Source: an uncultured Chloroflexia bacterium (GTDB lineage Bacteria > Chloroflexota > Limnocylindria > Limnocylindrales > CSP1-4). From it: a stretch of 64,000 bases of DNA. The notes under the pieces were generated by a model. That model made no database searches and was not told the DNA's origin. It saw nothing but the letters and a program-made list of their open reading frames with translations. The DNA lies in NCBI GenBank assembly GCA_963712745.1, contig CAVQJC010000010.1:32001-96000 (forward strand). The letters are read 5' to 3'. Both the position numbers and the translations under genes were made by a program. Below, piece after piece: positions 27,710 through 37,988 of this stretch (its first letter is position 1; the number at the start of each line of letters is the position of its first letter).

Positions 27710-29782
27710 CTAGGCCTCTTCCTCCTCGGCCTGGTGCTCGTCGATGACCTTCTGCGCCACGTGCGCGGGTACTTCCTCGTACTGCGCCAGCTTGGCCGTG
27801 AAGGTACCGCGCCCGCCGGTGATGGAGCGCAACTCGGTGGCGTAGGTGAACAGCTCGGCCTGCGGCACGTGGGCCGAGAGGATCTGCTGTCCATCCTTGG
27901 CGTCCATGCCCAGGAGACGTCCGCGCCGGGTGTTGAGGTCACGGTTGACGTCACCCATGTACTGCTCCGGCACGCGCACCTCGACCTCCATGATGGGCTC
28001 GAGCAGGATGGGCTTCGATTCGGCGATGCCCTTGCGGGTAGCCTGCATGCCGGCCAGCCGGAAGCTGAGCTCGTCGGAGTCGACGGTGTGGAACGAGCCG
28101 TCGTAGAGGACGGCCTTGAAGTCGATGACCGGGTAGCCAGCCATGGGCCCCTTCTCGGCCACTGCCCGCACGCCCTTCTCCACGCCCGGGAAGAACTGCT
28201 TGGGCACGACCCCGCCGACGACCTTGGTCTCGAACTCGACGCCGCCGCCGGGATTGGGGCTGATCTCCAGCCAGACATGGCCGAACTGGCCACGACCGCC
28301 GGTCTGCTTCTTGTGGCGGCCCTCGACCTTGGCCGTGCCGCGGATGGTCTCGCGGTAGGGCACCCGCGGCGCGCTGGTCACGATGGACGTGCCGAACTTG
28401 CGCGTGAGGCGCTCGCCTGCGACCTGGATCTGGTTCTCACCCTGAGCCCACATCAGCTGCTCGCCGGTCTCGGAGCTGCGCTCGACGTTGATGGTCGGGT
28501 CCTCCTCCTGCAGGCGGGCCAGCGCCCCGGAGAGCTTGTCGAGGTCGGCCTTGCTGGCGGGCTCCACGGCCACCGGCAGCGTCGGCTCCGGGTACACGAT
28601 GGGCGCCATCGTCAACGGCGTCTCCTTGCGGCTGAGCGTGTCACCGGTGACGGTGTGGGCCAGCTTGGCCACGGCCCCGATCTCGCCGGCGCGGATCTCG
28701 TCCACCGGCTCCTGCTCGCTGCCTTTGATGTAGAAGACCTGGGCGATGCGCTCCTCCTCGCCCTTCTCGGCGTGCCACACGCTGTCGTGGGCCTTGACCG
28801 AACCCGACCACACGCGGAAGTAGGTCAGGCGCCCCACGAAGGGGTCGGCCGTGGTCTTGAAGACCTGGGCCAGGAGCGGCCCGTCGGGATCGGCCCCCAC
28901 CTCGATCTCGTCACCGCGGTTGTCGGTCGCCTTGACCGGAGGCTCTTCGAGCGGAGTGGGCAGGTAGCGGATGATGGCGTCGAGCATGGCCGTGATGCCG
29001 ATGTCGCGGTTGGCCGAGGTCACCATCACCGGCGCCAGCACCGAATCCTTGACGCCCTTGTGCAGGCACCGCTCGAGCTCCTCGTCGCTGACCTCTTCGC
29101 CTTCGAGGAACTTCATCAGCACCTCGTCGTCGGCGTCGGCCGCAGCCTCGAGCAGCTGCTCGCGGCGCATGGCGACCTCGTCGGCCATGTCCTCGGGGAC
29201 CGGCACCTCTTCGCGCTTGCCGCCGTCGTAGCGGTAGGCCTTGCCGTGGACCAGGTCCACGTATCCCGAGAAATCCTCACCCTTGCCGATGGCGATCTGG
29301 ATGGGCGCGATCTTGCTGCCGAACTCCTCCCGCAGCGCATCGAGGGCGGCGGTGGGATCAGCGTTCTCCCGCTCGCAGCGGGTGATGACGAAGATGGCCG
29401 GCGTGTGCGTGGAACGCGAGAGGCGAACCGCCTTCTCCGTCCCTGCCTCGACCCCGCCGGAGGCGTCGATGGTGATGAGCGCACCGTCCGCCGCTGCGAA
29501 TCCGCTGATGACCTCGCCCACGAAGTCGGCGTAGCCGGGCGTGTCGATGAGCGTGACGTGGCTGCCGTCCCGGTCGAAGGTGTTGGCCGCGAGGGAGAGC
29601 GACAGCTGCCGTTTCTGTTCCTCGGGCTCGAAGTCGAGCGAGGCCGTGCCCTCGTTGACGTTGCCCATGCGGTTGATGACGCCGGCCTTGTGGAGCAGGT
29701 GCTCGGCGATGGTCGTCTTGCCGGACCCTGCGTGTCCGGCAAGGACCACGTTGCGGAGTCGTGAGATGTCGACGTGCGGCAC
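27710..29782 (-). CDS. fusA: Elongation factor G-like protein (EF-G2 type)
   Basis: GHAGSGKTT, DTPGYADF, YRETI, HKKQTGGRGQFG, LLEPIM; not in an str operon; GTG start with GGAGG. Confidence 0.9.
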   Translation of the reverse strand: MPHVDISRLRNVVLAGHAGSGKTTIAEHLLHKAGVINRMGNVNEGTASLDFEPEEQKRQLSLSLAANTFDRDGSHVTLIDTPGYADFVGEVISGFAAADGALITIDASGGVEAGTEKAVRLSRSTHTPAIFVITRCERENADPTAALDALREEFGSKIAPIQIAIGKGEDFSGYVDLVHGKAYRYDGGKREEVPVPEDMADEVAMRREQLLEAAADADDEVLMKFLEGEEVSDEELERCLHKGVKDSVLAPVMVTSANRDIGITAMLDAIIRYLPTPLEEPPVKATDNRGDEIEVGADPDGPLLAQVFKTTADPFVGRLTYFRVWSGSVKAHDSVWHAEKGEEERIAQVFYIKGSEQEPVDEIRAGEIGAVAKLAHTVTGDTLSRKETPLTMAPIVYPEPTLPVAVEPASKADLDKLSGALARLQEEDPTINVERSSETGEQLMWAQGENQIQVAGERLTRKFGTSIVTSAPRVPYRETIRGTAKVEGRHKKQTGGRGQFGHVWLEISPNPGGGVEFETKVVGGVVPKQFFPGVEKGVRAVAEKGPMAGYPVIDFKAVLYDGSFHTVDSDELSFRLAGMQATRKGIAESKPILLEPIMEVEVRVPEQYMGDVNRDLNTRRGRLLGMDAKDGQQILSAHVPQAELFTYATELRSITGGRGTFTAKLAQYEEVPAHVAQKVIDEHQAEEEEA

Positions 29783-29894
29783 GCGGGGACCTCCAAGAAG
29801 CGGGTGTGAGGTCGGCAGAGGCATCTGGGCGGGCCTCGTCCCTCCGGGCCGACCGAGTCGGGTTCGTGGACCCAATCATATAGAATCCGAAGCC

Positions 29895-30647
29895 ATGTCC
29901 GGACATTCCAAGTGGTCGACCATCAAGCGCCAGAAGGGCGCCAATGACGCCAAGCGTGGTGCACTCTTCACCAAGCTCGGCAAGGAGATCAGCATCGCGG
30001 CCCGTGAGGGGGGCGGCGATCTCGAGGCCAACTACCGCCTGAGGCTGGCCGTCGACAAGGCGCGTGTAGCCAACATGCCGGCCGACAACATCAAGCGCGC
30101 CATCGAGCGCGCGACCGGCGGCGACAAGGCCATCGAGTACGAGGAGATCGTCTACGAAGGCTACGGCCCGGGTGGCGTGGCCCTGCTCGTGGAGACCGCG
30201 ACCGACAACAGGAATCGGACTGCGGCCGAGGTGCGCTCCATCTTCTCCAAGGCCGGCGGCTCGCTGGCCGGTCAAGGTTCGGTGGCCTGGCAGTTCGAAC
30301 CGCGTGGCCTGGTCAGCGTCGAGACCGGTGCCGGCGACGCTGACGATATCGCCCTCGCCGCCATCGACGCCGGCGCCACGGACGTGGACACTGAGGCCGA
30401 TCCCATCGAGATCTCGACCGAGCCGACGGAGCTGATGGCGGTGCAGAAGGCGCTCGAGGCGGCCGGGCTGAAGGTCGAATCGGCAGAGCTGACGATGGTG
30501 GCCACGGCGCCGGTCGAGGTCGACCTCGACAAGGCCCGCCAGAACCTCCGCCTCATCGAAGCGCTCGAGGACAGTGACGACGTCCAGCGCGTGACCGCCA
30601 ACTTCGACCTGCCCGACGAGATCGTCGCCGAGGCCGCCGCCTCGTGA
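29895..30647 (+). CDS. yebC: YebC/PmpR family protein
   Basis: MSGHSKWSTIKRQKG, YEGYGPGG, TDNRNRT. Confidence 0.97.
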   Translation: MSGHSKWSTIKRQKGANDAKRGALFTKLGKEISIAAREGGGDLEANYRLRLAVDKARVANMPADNIKRAIERATGGDKAIEYEEIVYEGYGPGGVALLVETATDNRNRTAAEVRSIFSKAGGSLAGQGSVAWQFEPRGLVSVETGAGDADDIALAAIDAGATDVDTEADPIEISTEPTELMAVQKALEAAGLKVESAELTMVATAPVEVDLDKARQNLRLIEALEDSDDVQRVTANFDLPDEIVAEAAAS

Positions 30648-31135
30648 TCGTGCTGGGGATCGACCCCGGCACTGCCCGCCTCGGCTACGGCGTCATCGAA
30701 CGCCAGGGCAGCACCCTGACGATGCTCGACTATGGCTGCTTCGAGACCGTCAACGACCGTCCGCTGGCAGGACGGTTGCTGCTCATCCACGAGGCCCTCA
30801 CCGACCTCATCGAGAGCCATCGGCCCGAGACGGTCGGTGTCGAGCGCCTCTTCTTCAACAAGAACGTGCAGACGGCCATGGCCGTGGGGCAGGCGCGCGG
30901 CGTGGTCCTGCTGGCCGCGGCCCAGCACGGCCTGCCCGTGATGGAATACGGCCCCCACGAGGTCAAGCTGGCGGTGACCGGCTACGGGCGCTCGCCGAAG
31001 GACCAGGTCCAGCGCATGGTGCAGATGGTGCTCTCGATGCCGGAGCTGCCGCGGCCCGATGACGCCGCCGACGCACTGGCGGTCGCGGTGTGCACCGCCC
31101 ACGCCTTCAGGCCGGAGATCGTGGCCAGCGCATGA
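30644..31135 (+). CDS. ruvC: Holliday junction resolvase
   Basis: LGIDPG, ERLFF, GQARG, DDAADALAVA. Confidence 0.97.
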   Translation: MIVLGIDPGTARLGYGVIERQGSTLTMLDYGCFETVNDRPLAGRLLLIHEALTDLIESHRPETVGVERLFFNKNVQTAMAVGQARGVVLLAAAQHGLPVMEYGPHEVKLAVTGYGRSPKDQVQRMVQMVLSMPELPRPDDAADALAVAVCTAHAFRPEIVASA

Positions 31136-31710
31136 TCGCCTCCCTCGATGGCACCGTCACCCAGATCTCGGGCACCGATGTCGTGCTCGAGGTCGGGGGG
31201 ATCGGCTACCGCGTCTACGCTGGACCCTCAACGCTGAGCGGTCTCTCGAGCGGCCAGCGGGTCAAGCTGCACACCCACCACCTGGTACGCGAGGACGTAC
31301 AGGCGCTCTACGGCTTCAGCAGCACGGAGGAGCTGGCCTTCTTCGAGCTCATCACCACCGTCAGCGGGGTAGGCCCCAAGGTCGGCCTGGCCATCGTCTC
31401 CTCGCGCCCGGTGGCCGATCTGCAGCTGGCCATCCTGCAGGGTGATGATGCGGTGCTCACCTCTGTCTCCGGCGTGGGCAAGCGCCTGGCCGGCCGCATC
31501 GTGCTCGAGCTGAAGGAGAAGGTCGATGCTGCCGGCAGCGCCGCCATCAGCGACGGGGGCGGGGAGGCGGAGGTCGTCGCTGCGCTCGAAGCCCTCGGTT
31601 ACAGCTCTCGCGAGGGTCGCGACGCTGCCCGCACCGCGGTGGCCGCGCTGCCACCAGAGGCCTCGCTGGAGGACCGCGTCAAGGAGGCGCTCCAAACGCT
31701 GCGCCAGTGA
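31132..31710 (+). CDS. ruvA: Holliday junction branch migration protein A
   Basis: GGIGY, VRED..LYGF, VSGVGPK, GKRLAGRIVLELK. Confidence 0.97.
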   Translation: MIASLDGTVTQISGTDVVLEVGGIGYRVYAGPSTLSGLSSGQRVKLHTHHLVREDVQALYGFSSTEELAFFELITTVSGVGPKVGLAIVSSRPVADLQLAILQGDDAVLTSVSGVGKRLAGRIVLELKEKVDAAGSAAISDGGGEAEVVAALEALGYSSREGRDAARTAVAALPPEASLEDRVKEALQTLRQ

Positions 31711-31733
31711 CCGCGAAGCACCAGGCATCGGTA

Positions 31734-31745
31734 GAACGTCCGTTC
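31734..31745. promoter_or_regulatory. LexA-box-like site upstream of ruvB
   Basis: GAAC-GTCC-GTTC, upstream of an extended -10 TGcTAGACT (31763-31771). Confidence 0.55.
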
Positions 31746-31779
31746 CATTCCGGGCTCATCTCTGCTAGACTCCACGTCC

Positions 31780-32877
31780 ATGGATGACGACGCCCGTCTC
31801 GTCTCGCCGGAACTCGAGGCGCTCGATGAGAACACGGTCGAATCGTCACTGCGCCCGCGGCAGCTCGATGAGTACATCGGCCAGACGCAGGTCAAGGACA
31901 ACCTGGGCATCCTGCTGTCCGCGGCCAACAAGCGCGAGGAAGCGGCCGACCACATCCTGCTTTACGGCCCACCCGGCCTGGGTAAGACCACCCTGGCCAA
32001 CATCGTCGCCCGCGAGCTGGGCGTGAACATCCACACCACCAGCGGTCCGGCTATCGAGCGGCCGGGGGACCTGGCCGCCATCCTCACCAACATCGACGAG
32101 CGCGACGTGCTCTTCATCGATGAGATCCACCGCCTCAACCACGCGGTCGAGGAGATCCTCTATCCGGCCATGGAGGACTTCGCCATCGATGTCATGATCG
32201 GCCGGGGACCCAGCGCTCGCAGCCTGCGGCTCTCGCTCAAGCCGTTCACCGTCGTCGGCGCCACCACGCGGGCCGGCCGCATCGGGGCCCCTCTGCGCGA
32301 CCGCTTCGGGGCGATCTACCGCCTGGACTACTACGCGGACGCGGAGCTGGCGGAGATCTTGCGCCGCTCGGCGGGCATCCTCGATGTCGAGATCGACGAG
32401 GCGGCAGTGCAGATGCTGGCCTCGCGCGGGCGGGGCACGCCTCGCGTCATCAATCGCCTGCTGCGACGGACGCGCGATTTCGCCGAGGTCAAAGGCGACG
32501 GTCGCATCACGCGAGACCAGGCCACGGCGGCCATGGAGGCACTGGACATCGACGATGCCGGCCTGGATACCACCGACCGCCGCCTGCTCGCGGCCATCGT
32601 CCAGAAGTTCGGATCCGGCCCGGTCGGCGGCGCGGCCATCGCCGCGGTCATCGGCGAGTCGGTGGAGACCGTCGAGGATGTCTACGAACCGTTCCTGCTG
32701 CAGCTCGGCTTCCTCGACCGCACGCCGCAGGGCAGGATGGCCACGGAGCTGGCCCGCGAGCACCTGCGACGTCTGGGCTACGAGGTGCCGCCACCTCGCC
32801 GGGCGGAACGCGATGACCCGGGACTGTGGGACGGCGTCACCAGCGAGGGCCGCAACGAGGCCGAGGGGGGCCCGTGA
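31780..32877 (+). CDS. ruvB: Holliday junction branch migration helicase B
   Basis: [45 protein letters not shown]. Confidence 0.98.
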   Translation: MDDDARLVSPELEALDENTVESSLRPRQLDEYIGQTQVKDNLGILLSAANKREEAADHILLYGPPGLGKTTLANIVARELGVNIHTTSGPAIERPGDLAAILTNIDERDVLFIDEIHRLNHAVEEILYPAMEDFAIDVMIGRGPSARSLRLSLKPFTVVGATTRAGRIGAPLRDRFGAIYRLDYYADAELAEILRRSAGILDVEIDEAAVQMLASRGRGTPRVINRLLRRTRDFAEVKGDGRITRDQATAAMEALDIDDAGLDTTDRRLLAAIVQKFGSGPVGGAAIAAVIGESVETVEDVYEPFLLQLGFLDRTPQGRMATELAREHLRRLGYEVPPPRRAERDDPGLWDGVTSEGRNEAEGGP

Positions 32878-33887
32878 CAGGACCGCTGGCCGTACCGCCG
32901 GCGGCGATCCCGCCGGCCGGCGACTTCGCCCTCAGGACCAGGGGCCTGCACAAGCGCTACGGAGCGCGGCCGGCCCTGCAGGGGCTTGACCTGGCCGTGC
33001 CCCGCGGGGTGGTCTACGGCTTCCTCGGCCCCAACGGTGCGGGCAAGACCACGCTAATGCGCCTGCTGGTGGGGCTCATCCGCCCGGACGCCGGAGACAT
33101 CGAGATCCTGGGCCGGCCGTACACCTGGCGTCAGCCCCAGCGCCTCCATGATGTCGGCGCGCTGGTCGAGTCGCCGACCTTCTACAGCTACCTCTCCGGC
33201 CGCGACAACCTGCGCGTGTTGGCGGCCTCGGGCGCCCGCGTGCCGACGGCTCGTGTCGATGAGGTGCTGGCGCTGGTGGGCCTCGCCGAACGCGGCCGTG
33301 ACAAGGCCGGCCGCTACTCGCTGGGCATGAAGCAGAGGCTGGGCATCGCCGCGGCCCTGCTCTCGGACCCGCAGCTGTTGCTGCTGGACGAGCCGGCCAA
33401 CGGTCTCGACCCCGGTGGCATCGTGGCCATGCGCGAGACGCTGCGCCATCTGACTCGACAGGGCAAGACGGTCTTCATCTCGAGCCACATCCTGCCGGAG
33501 GTCCAGCAGCTGGCGGACATGGTGGGAATCGTCAATGAAGGACGGCTCATCCGCGAAGGCAGCCTCAGCGAACTCCTCAGCGAAGGAGGACACGTCCAGG
33601 CCCGAGTATCGGAAGCGGATCTGGACGCGGCTCGGGCGGCCCTGAGCGGCTTCGGCGCACCGAGCAGTGCGCGCCCGGCGGATATCCCCGGTGCCGCCTG
33701 GATCGACGTACGCATCCAGCCCTCGCGCGCCGCGGAGGTCAACCGGGCCCTGGCGGAGGCCGGCGTCTACGCCAGCGAGATCAGCTCGGGCAGCGACCTC
33801 GAGTCCATCTTCCTGTCGCTCACGGCCACGCCAGCGGCCACCGACACGCCCGGGACGCCCGCGGTCGGCTGGGGGGAGCGCGGCTAG
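32874..33887 (+). CDS. ABC transporter ATP-binding protein (BcrA-like)
   Basis: [33 protein letters not shown]. Confidence 0.93.
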   Translation: MTGPLAVPPAAIPPAGDFALRTRGLHKRYGARPALQGLDLAVPRGVVYGFLGPNGAGKTTLMRLLVGLIRPDAGDIEILGRPYTWRQPQRLHDVGALVESPTFYSYLSGRDNLRVLAASGARVPTARVDEVLALVGLAERGRDKAGRYSLGMKQRLGIAAALLSDPQLLLLDEPANGLDPGGIVAMRETLRHLTRQGKTVFISSHILPEVQQLADMVGIVNEGRLIREGSLSELLSEGGHVQARVSEADLDAARAALSGFGAPSSARPADIPGAAWIDVRIQPSRAAEVNRALAEAGVYASEISSGSDLESIFLSLTATPAATDTPGTPAVGWGERG

Positions 33888-34703
33888 ATGGCCCTGCTGT
33901 ACATGGCGCTGGTCAAGCTGGTCCGCCGGCCGGCCACGTGGGTCGTGTTCGCCATCCTCGCGGGCCTCATCGTGATGGTCTTCCTCGGCCTCGCCGCTTC
34001 GGCCGGCCAGATGGAGTCCCTCGGCGACGAGTTCCAGGTGCGGCTGCTGCTCGGCTTCCCCAACGCCTACCTCATGGTGGTGGGGGTCATCGTCGGTTTC
34101 GGGGGCCTGCTGGCGGTCGCCTTCGGGGCCGCCATCATCGGGGCCGACTGGGCCTGGGGCACCATCCGCGCCATCGTCGGGCGTGGCGAGGGCCGGGTGC
34201 GTTACACCCTCGTCACGTTCCTGGCCATCGCCATCGTGCTCGGCGTGGGCGTGCTCGTGACCTTCGCCATCGGGGCGCTCGCAGCCGTGGCCGGGGCGGA
34301 GATCGCGGGCATCGGTAGCGAGGGCGCGACCGACCCCGACACGCTGGCCACGCTGCCGGACCTGCTGCTTCGTACCTGGCTGGGTGTCGTCCAACCGGCA
34401 GCCATCGGCTTCGCCATCGCCATGCTCTTCAAGAGCCAGCTCGCGGGCATCGGCGCCGGGCTGGCCTTCTACTTCGCGGAGATGTTCCTGTTCCTCGTGC
34501 CGCTCCTGCGCGACGTGCTCATCTACGGTCCCTTTAGCGTGGCCGGCGCGGTCGTGCCCACGACCGAGGAGTTCGGCACTGGCGGGTTCGGGGACCTGCC
34601 CACGCTCGACGCGGACGCGGCTGTGCTCTGGTCGGTGGGTTACCTGGTGCTGGCTCTCGCCATCGCCTCCATCGCGGCCTGGCGGGCGCAGATCACGCAG
34701 TGA
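33888..34703 (+). CDS. ABC-2 type permease
   Basis: About 6 TM; DWAWGTIR motif; adjacent to the ATPase. Confidence 0.85.
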   Translation: MALLYMALVKLVRRPATWVVFAILAGLIVMVFLGLAASAGQMESLGDEFQVRLLLGFPNAYLMVVGVIVGFGGLLAVAFGAAIIGADWAWGTIRAIVGRGEGRVRYTLVTFLAIAIVLGVGVLVTFAIGALAAVAGAEIAGIGSEGATDPDTLATLPDLLLRTWLGVVQPAAIGFAIAMLFKSQLAGIGAGLAFYFAEMFLFLVPLLRDVLIYGPFSVAGAVVPTTEEFGTGGFGDLPTLDADAAVLWSVGYLVLALAIASIAAWRAQITQ

Positions 34704-35890
34704 GCACCCCCACGCGCCGCTCGTCGGCGCTCAGCTTCGAGGTGCTCGCCACCGCGCAAGGGGAGGGCACCCGCGCTCGGGCCGGCCGCTTGCGGACGCC
34801 GCATGGCGAGATCGAGACGCCCGTCTTCATGCCGGTGGGCACCAACGCCACGGTCAAGGCCCTGGATCCCGACGACCTGCATGAGGTCGGCGCCAGCATC
34901 GTGCTCGCCAACACCTATCACCTCTCGATCCGTCCCGGACACGAGCGCATCCGCCAGCTCGGCGGGCTCCACCGCTTCATGGGCTGGGACCGACCCATCC
35001 TCACCGATTCGGGGGGCTTCCAGGTGGTCAGCCTGGGCCAGCTGCGCAGGATCGACGACGAGGGCGTCGAGTTTCGATCGCATCTCGACGGAGCGCTCAT
35101 CGACTACACGCCCGAGTACGCCATCGCCATCCAGGAGGCACTGGGGCCGGACATCGCGGTCTGCCTCGACCAGCCGGTGCCGCCTCACGCGTCGACCCGG
35201 TCCGAGGTGGCCGAGGCCACGGCTCGGACCCACCGCTGGGCAGAACGCTGCCTCGATGCCCACACGCGGGCGGACCAGGCACTCTTCGGCATCATCCAGG
35301 GCGGCCTGGAGCCGGACCTGCGGGCTGAATCGACAGAGGTCATCTCGGGGCTGCCGTTCGACGGCGTCTGCATCGGCGGGCTGGCCGGTGACGAGACCCC
35401 CCGGCAGCGACGCGCCGCGCTCGACGTGGTGGTGCCGTTGCTGGCCGATGACCCGCGCCCACGGTACCTGATGGGCCTGGGGTCGCCCATGGACCTGCTC
35501 GACGCGATCGATGCCGGCGTGGACATGTTCGACTCGGTGCTGCCGGCTCGCGTGGCACGTAACGGCTCGCTGTGGGTGCCCGACGGCCGACTGAACATCC
35601 GCAACGCACGCTTCCTCGACGACCCTCGACCGGTGCAGGAGGGTTGCCCATGCCGTCTCTGCCGCACGTTCTCGCGAGCCTACCTGGCCCATCTCCTGCG
35701 CGCGGACGAGATGCTCGGCTACCGCCTCGCAACTTGTCATAACCTGACCTTCACCATAGACTTCATGCGTAGGATCCGGTCCGCGATCGCGGCCGGCACC
35801 TTCCCCGAGACGATGCGGGAGTTGCGTGCCACAGGAGCTGGCACCAACGGCGCTGAAAGTGTCGCTGAAGGGAGGGTGAAGTCCGAGTGA
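34700..35890 (+). CDS. tgt: tRNA-guanine transglycosylase
   Basis: TPVFMPVGT, LANTYHL, TDSGGFQV, GIIQGG, PRYLMG, CxCxxC, HNL. Confidence 0.97.
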   Translation: MSTPTRRSSALSFEVLATAQGEGTRARAGRLRTPHGEIETPVFMPVGTNATVKALDPDDLHEVGASIVLANTYHLSIRPGHERIRQLGGLHRFMGWDRPILTDSGGFQVVSLGQLRRIDDEGVEFRSHLDGALIDYTPEYAIAIQEALGPDIAVCLDQPVPPHASTRSEVAEATARTHRWAERCLDAHTRADQALFGIIQGGLEPDLRAESTEVISGLPFDGVCIGGLAGDETPRQRRAALDVVVPLLADDPRPRYLMGLGSPMDLLDAIDAGVDMFDSVLPARVARNGSLWVPDGRLNIRNARFLDDPRPVQEGCPCRLCRTFSRAYLAHLLRADEMLGYRLATCHNLTFTIDFMRRIRSAIAAGTFPETMRELRATGAGTNGAESVAEGRVKSE

Positions 35891-35938
35891 AACCCCGCCG
35901 CCCACACTAGGCGGCACAAGTTGGAGGCGTGAGGATCG

Positions 35939-36097
35939 ATGGCAGGAAAAGTCCCCTCTCGCCGTGAAGCGAAGAAGCCCAAGAAGTCGAAGAAGGCGAA
36001 AGCCACGCTCGAGCCGCTCTCCCAGCCGCCGATGCCGTCCGTCGAGGTGATCAAGCCGAAGCGGAAGCCCAAGGAAGAGGAGGAGCGGCCCGAGTAG
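35939..36097 (+). CDS. 52-aa Lys-rich small protein (not in the ORF track)
   Basis: GAGGA RBS; MAGKVPSRREAKKPKKSKKAKATLEPLSQPPMPSVEVIKPKRKPKEEEERPE*. Confidence 0.7.
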   Translation: MAGKVPSRREAKKPKKSKKAKATLEPLSQPPMPSVEVIKPKRKPKEEEERPE

Positions 36098-36147
36098 GGA
36101 CCGCCGCCAGACCGGCTCTCGGGTGACAGCCATGGAGGACACCAGGC

Positions 36148-37239
36148 ATGACCGTCACCAGCGCCGGTCGGTCGACCGGGAACAGCAAGATCGGTAAGAA
36201 CGGGGCCGGAGACGGCCAGCAGAAGGAACGTCAACAGGCGGTCGATGCCGCCATCATGTCCATCGAGAAGCAGTTCGGGCAAGGCTCGATCATGCGCCTC
36301 GGATCGGACGCACGGCAGCAGATCGACTCCATCCCCACGGGTTCCATCGCCCTCGACCTGGCGCTGGGCGTGGGAGGCGTCCCGCGCGGCCGCGTCACCG
36401 AGATCTTCGGCCCCGAGTCATCGGGCAAGACCACGGTCTGCCAGCACGTCCTGGCGGAGGCCCAGAAGCTCGGGGGCGTCGTCGCCTTCATCGACGTCGA
36501 GCACGCCCTGGACCCGATCTACGCCCGGGCCTGTGGCGTAGACGTGGACAACCTGCTCGTCAGCCAGCCTGACACCGGCGAGCAGGCGCTCGAGATCACC
36601 GAGACCCTCATCCGCTCCGGTGGCGTCGACTGCGTCGTGGTCGACTCTGTGGCCGCGCTCGTGCCGCGGGCGGAGATCGAAGGTGAGATGGGCGACTCCT
36701 TCGTGGGTATCCAGGCGCGCCTCATGAGCCAGGCCCTGCGCAAGCTCACCGGCATCGTCAGTCGCTCCAACACGGCGCTCGTCTTCACCAACCAGCTGCG
36801 CGAGAAGATCGGCGTCATGTTCGGCAGCCCTGAGACGACGCCCGGTGGCCGCGCGCTCAAGTTCTACTCCAGCGTCCGTCTCGACATCCGCCGCATCGAG
36901 ACCATCAAGCAGGGCCAGGATGCGATCGGCATCCGCGCCCGCGTCAAGGTCGTCAAGAACAAGGTCGCCGCCCCCTTCCGCGTGGCCGAGTTCGACGTCA
37001 TGTACGGCACGGGCATCTCGCGCGAGGGCGGGCTGCTCGACGTCGGCGTAGCCTCGGACGTGGTCACCAAGTCGGGTGCCTGGTTCAACTACGGTGAGAC
37101 GCGCCTGGGCCAGGGCCGCGAGCAGTCAAAGGAGTTCCTGCGCGCGAACCAGGACATCGCCCAGCAGCTCGAGAACCAGATCCGCGCCAAGGTCGCGGAC
37201 ATCGACATCCCCGTGGAGGGCATCAAAGAGGCCGAGTAG
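36148..37239 (+). CDS. recA: Recombinase A
   Basis: [45 protein letters not shown]. Confidence 0.99.
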   Translation: MTVTSAGRSTGNSKIGKNGAGDGQQKERQQAVDAAIMSIEKQFGQGSIMRLGSDARQQIDSIPTGSIALDLALGVGGVPRGRVTEIFGPESSGKTTVCQHVLAEAQKLGGVVAFIDVEHALDPIYARACGVDVDNLLVSQPDTGEQALEITETLIRSGGVDCVVVDSVAALVPRAEIEGEMGDSFVGIQARLMSQALRKLTGIVSRSNTALVFTNQLREKIGVMFGSPETTPGGRALKFYSSVRLDIRRIETIKQGQDAIGIRARVKVVKNKVAAPFRVAEFDVMYGTGISREGGLLDVGVASDVVTKSGAWFNYGETRLGQGREQSKEFLRANQDIAQQLENQIRAKVADIDIPVEGIKEAE

Positions 37240-37827
37240 GTGGCCCATCGAGCGCGTTCGGCGGGGGAGCGGCGGGAAGCTGCCGAGGCCCGACGTGCTC
37301 GCCGTGCCGCGGTCACCGATCCCGATGTGGTCATGGAGGCCGCGGCTGCCTTCCTCGCGGTCCGCTCCCGCTCGGTCGAGGAGACGCGCCGACGCCTCAA
37401 CCACCTCGGCTATCCCGCCCCGCTCTGCGACCAGGTCGTCGTGCGTCTCGTGGAGCTGGAGTATCTCGATGACGAGGCGTTCGCGCGCGCCTGGGTGGAA
37501 AGCCGCGACAGGGCCCGGCCGCGCGGTGCCCTGGCGCTTCGCCGTGAGCTACAGCGCAAGGGCATAGCTGACGACACCATCGCGACCATCCTTGCCCAAC
37601 GGACGGAGGGGGCCGTTGCCCGCGTGGATCCCCAGACTGGGTCCACCGGCGACCCCGATCGCGAAGCCGCTCGCAAGCTCATCGAACGCAGGGCCTCCTC
37701 GCTCCACCGTGAGGCCGATCCTCGCCGCCGACGTCAGAAGGCGTACGCCTTGCTCGCTCGCAACGGTTTCTCCCCGGACGTGTGCCAAGAGGTCGCTGCC
37801 ACGGTCGCCGAGGACAGCCGTGGGTGA
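37240..37827 (+). CDS. recX: Regulatory protein RecX
   Basis: Follows recA; RSRSVEE, YLDDEAFA, RG..ALRRELQRKG, LARNGF. Confidence 0.9.
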   Translation: MAHRARSAGERREAAEARRARRAAVTDPDVVMEAAAAFLAVRSRSVEETRRRLNHLGYPAPLCDQVVVRLVELEYLDDEAFARAWVESRDRARPRGALALRRELQRKGIADDTIATILAQRTEGAVARVDPQTGSTGDPDREAARKLIERRASSLHREADPRRRRQKAYALLARNGFSPDVCQEVAATVAEDSRG

Positions 37828-37839
37828 CCATCGGGGCGT

Positions 37840-37869
37840 TTGACGCTCCACTCCGTGCACCGCTAGGCT
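37840..37869 (+). promoter_or_regulatory. Sigma70-like promoter for rny
   Basis: TTGACG-N18-TAGGCT. Confidence 0.5.
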
Positions 37870-37885
37870 TCTTCTTCTGACCATC

Positions 37886-37983
37886 CTGGTCGAGCGGTTC
37901 CAAGGGAGTAATGGCCGCTCAGCCGCCGCAAGGTGGCCTACCCAGAGACTTTGACACCTCCAGCCTCCGGGCTGGACGGGAGG
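37886..37983 (+). ncRNA. Putative structured 5' leader of rny
   Basis: Stems GAGCGG/CCGCTC, GCCGCC-GCAA-GGTGGC and TCCAGCC-TCCG-GGCTGGA. Confidence 0.35.
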
Positions 37984-37988
37984 GAAAC

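Noticed and set aside
27608-29764. 718-aa plus-strand ORF, and similar long ORFs such as 60364-63333, 682-2244 and 56830-58623
   Set aside because: Antisense shadows of real genes in high-GC DNA.
37870-37988. 6S RNA upstream of rny
   Set aside because: Too short and multi-hairpin rather than a long rod with a central bubble.
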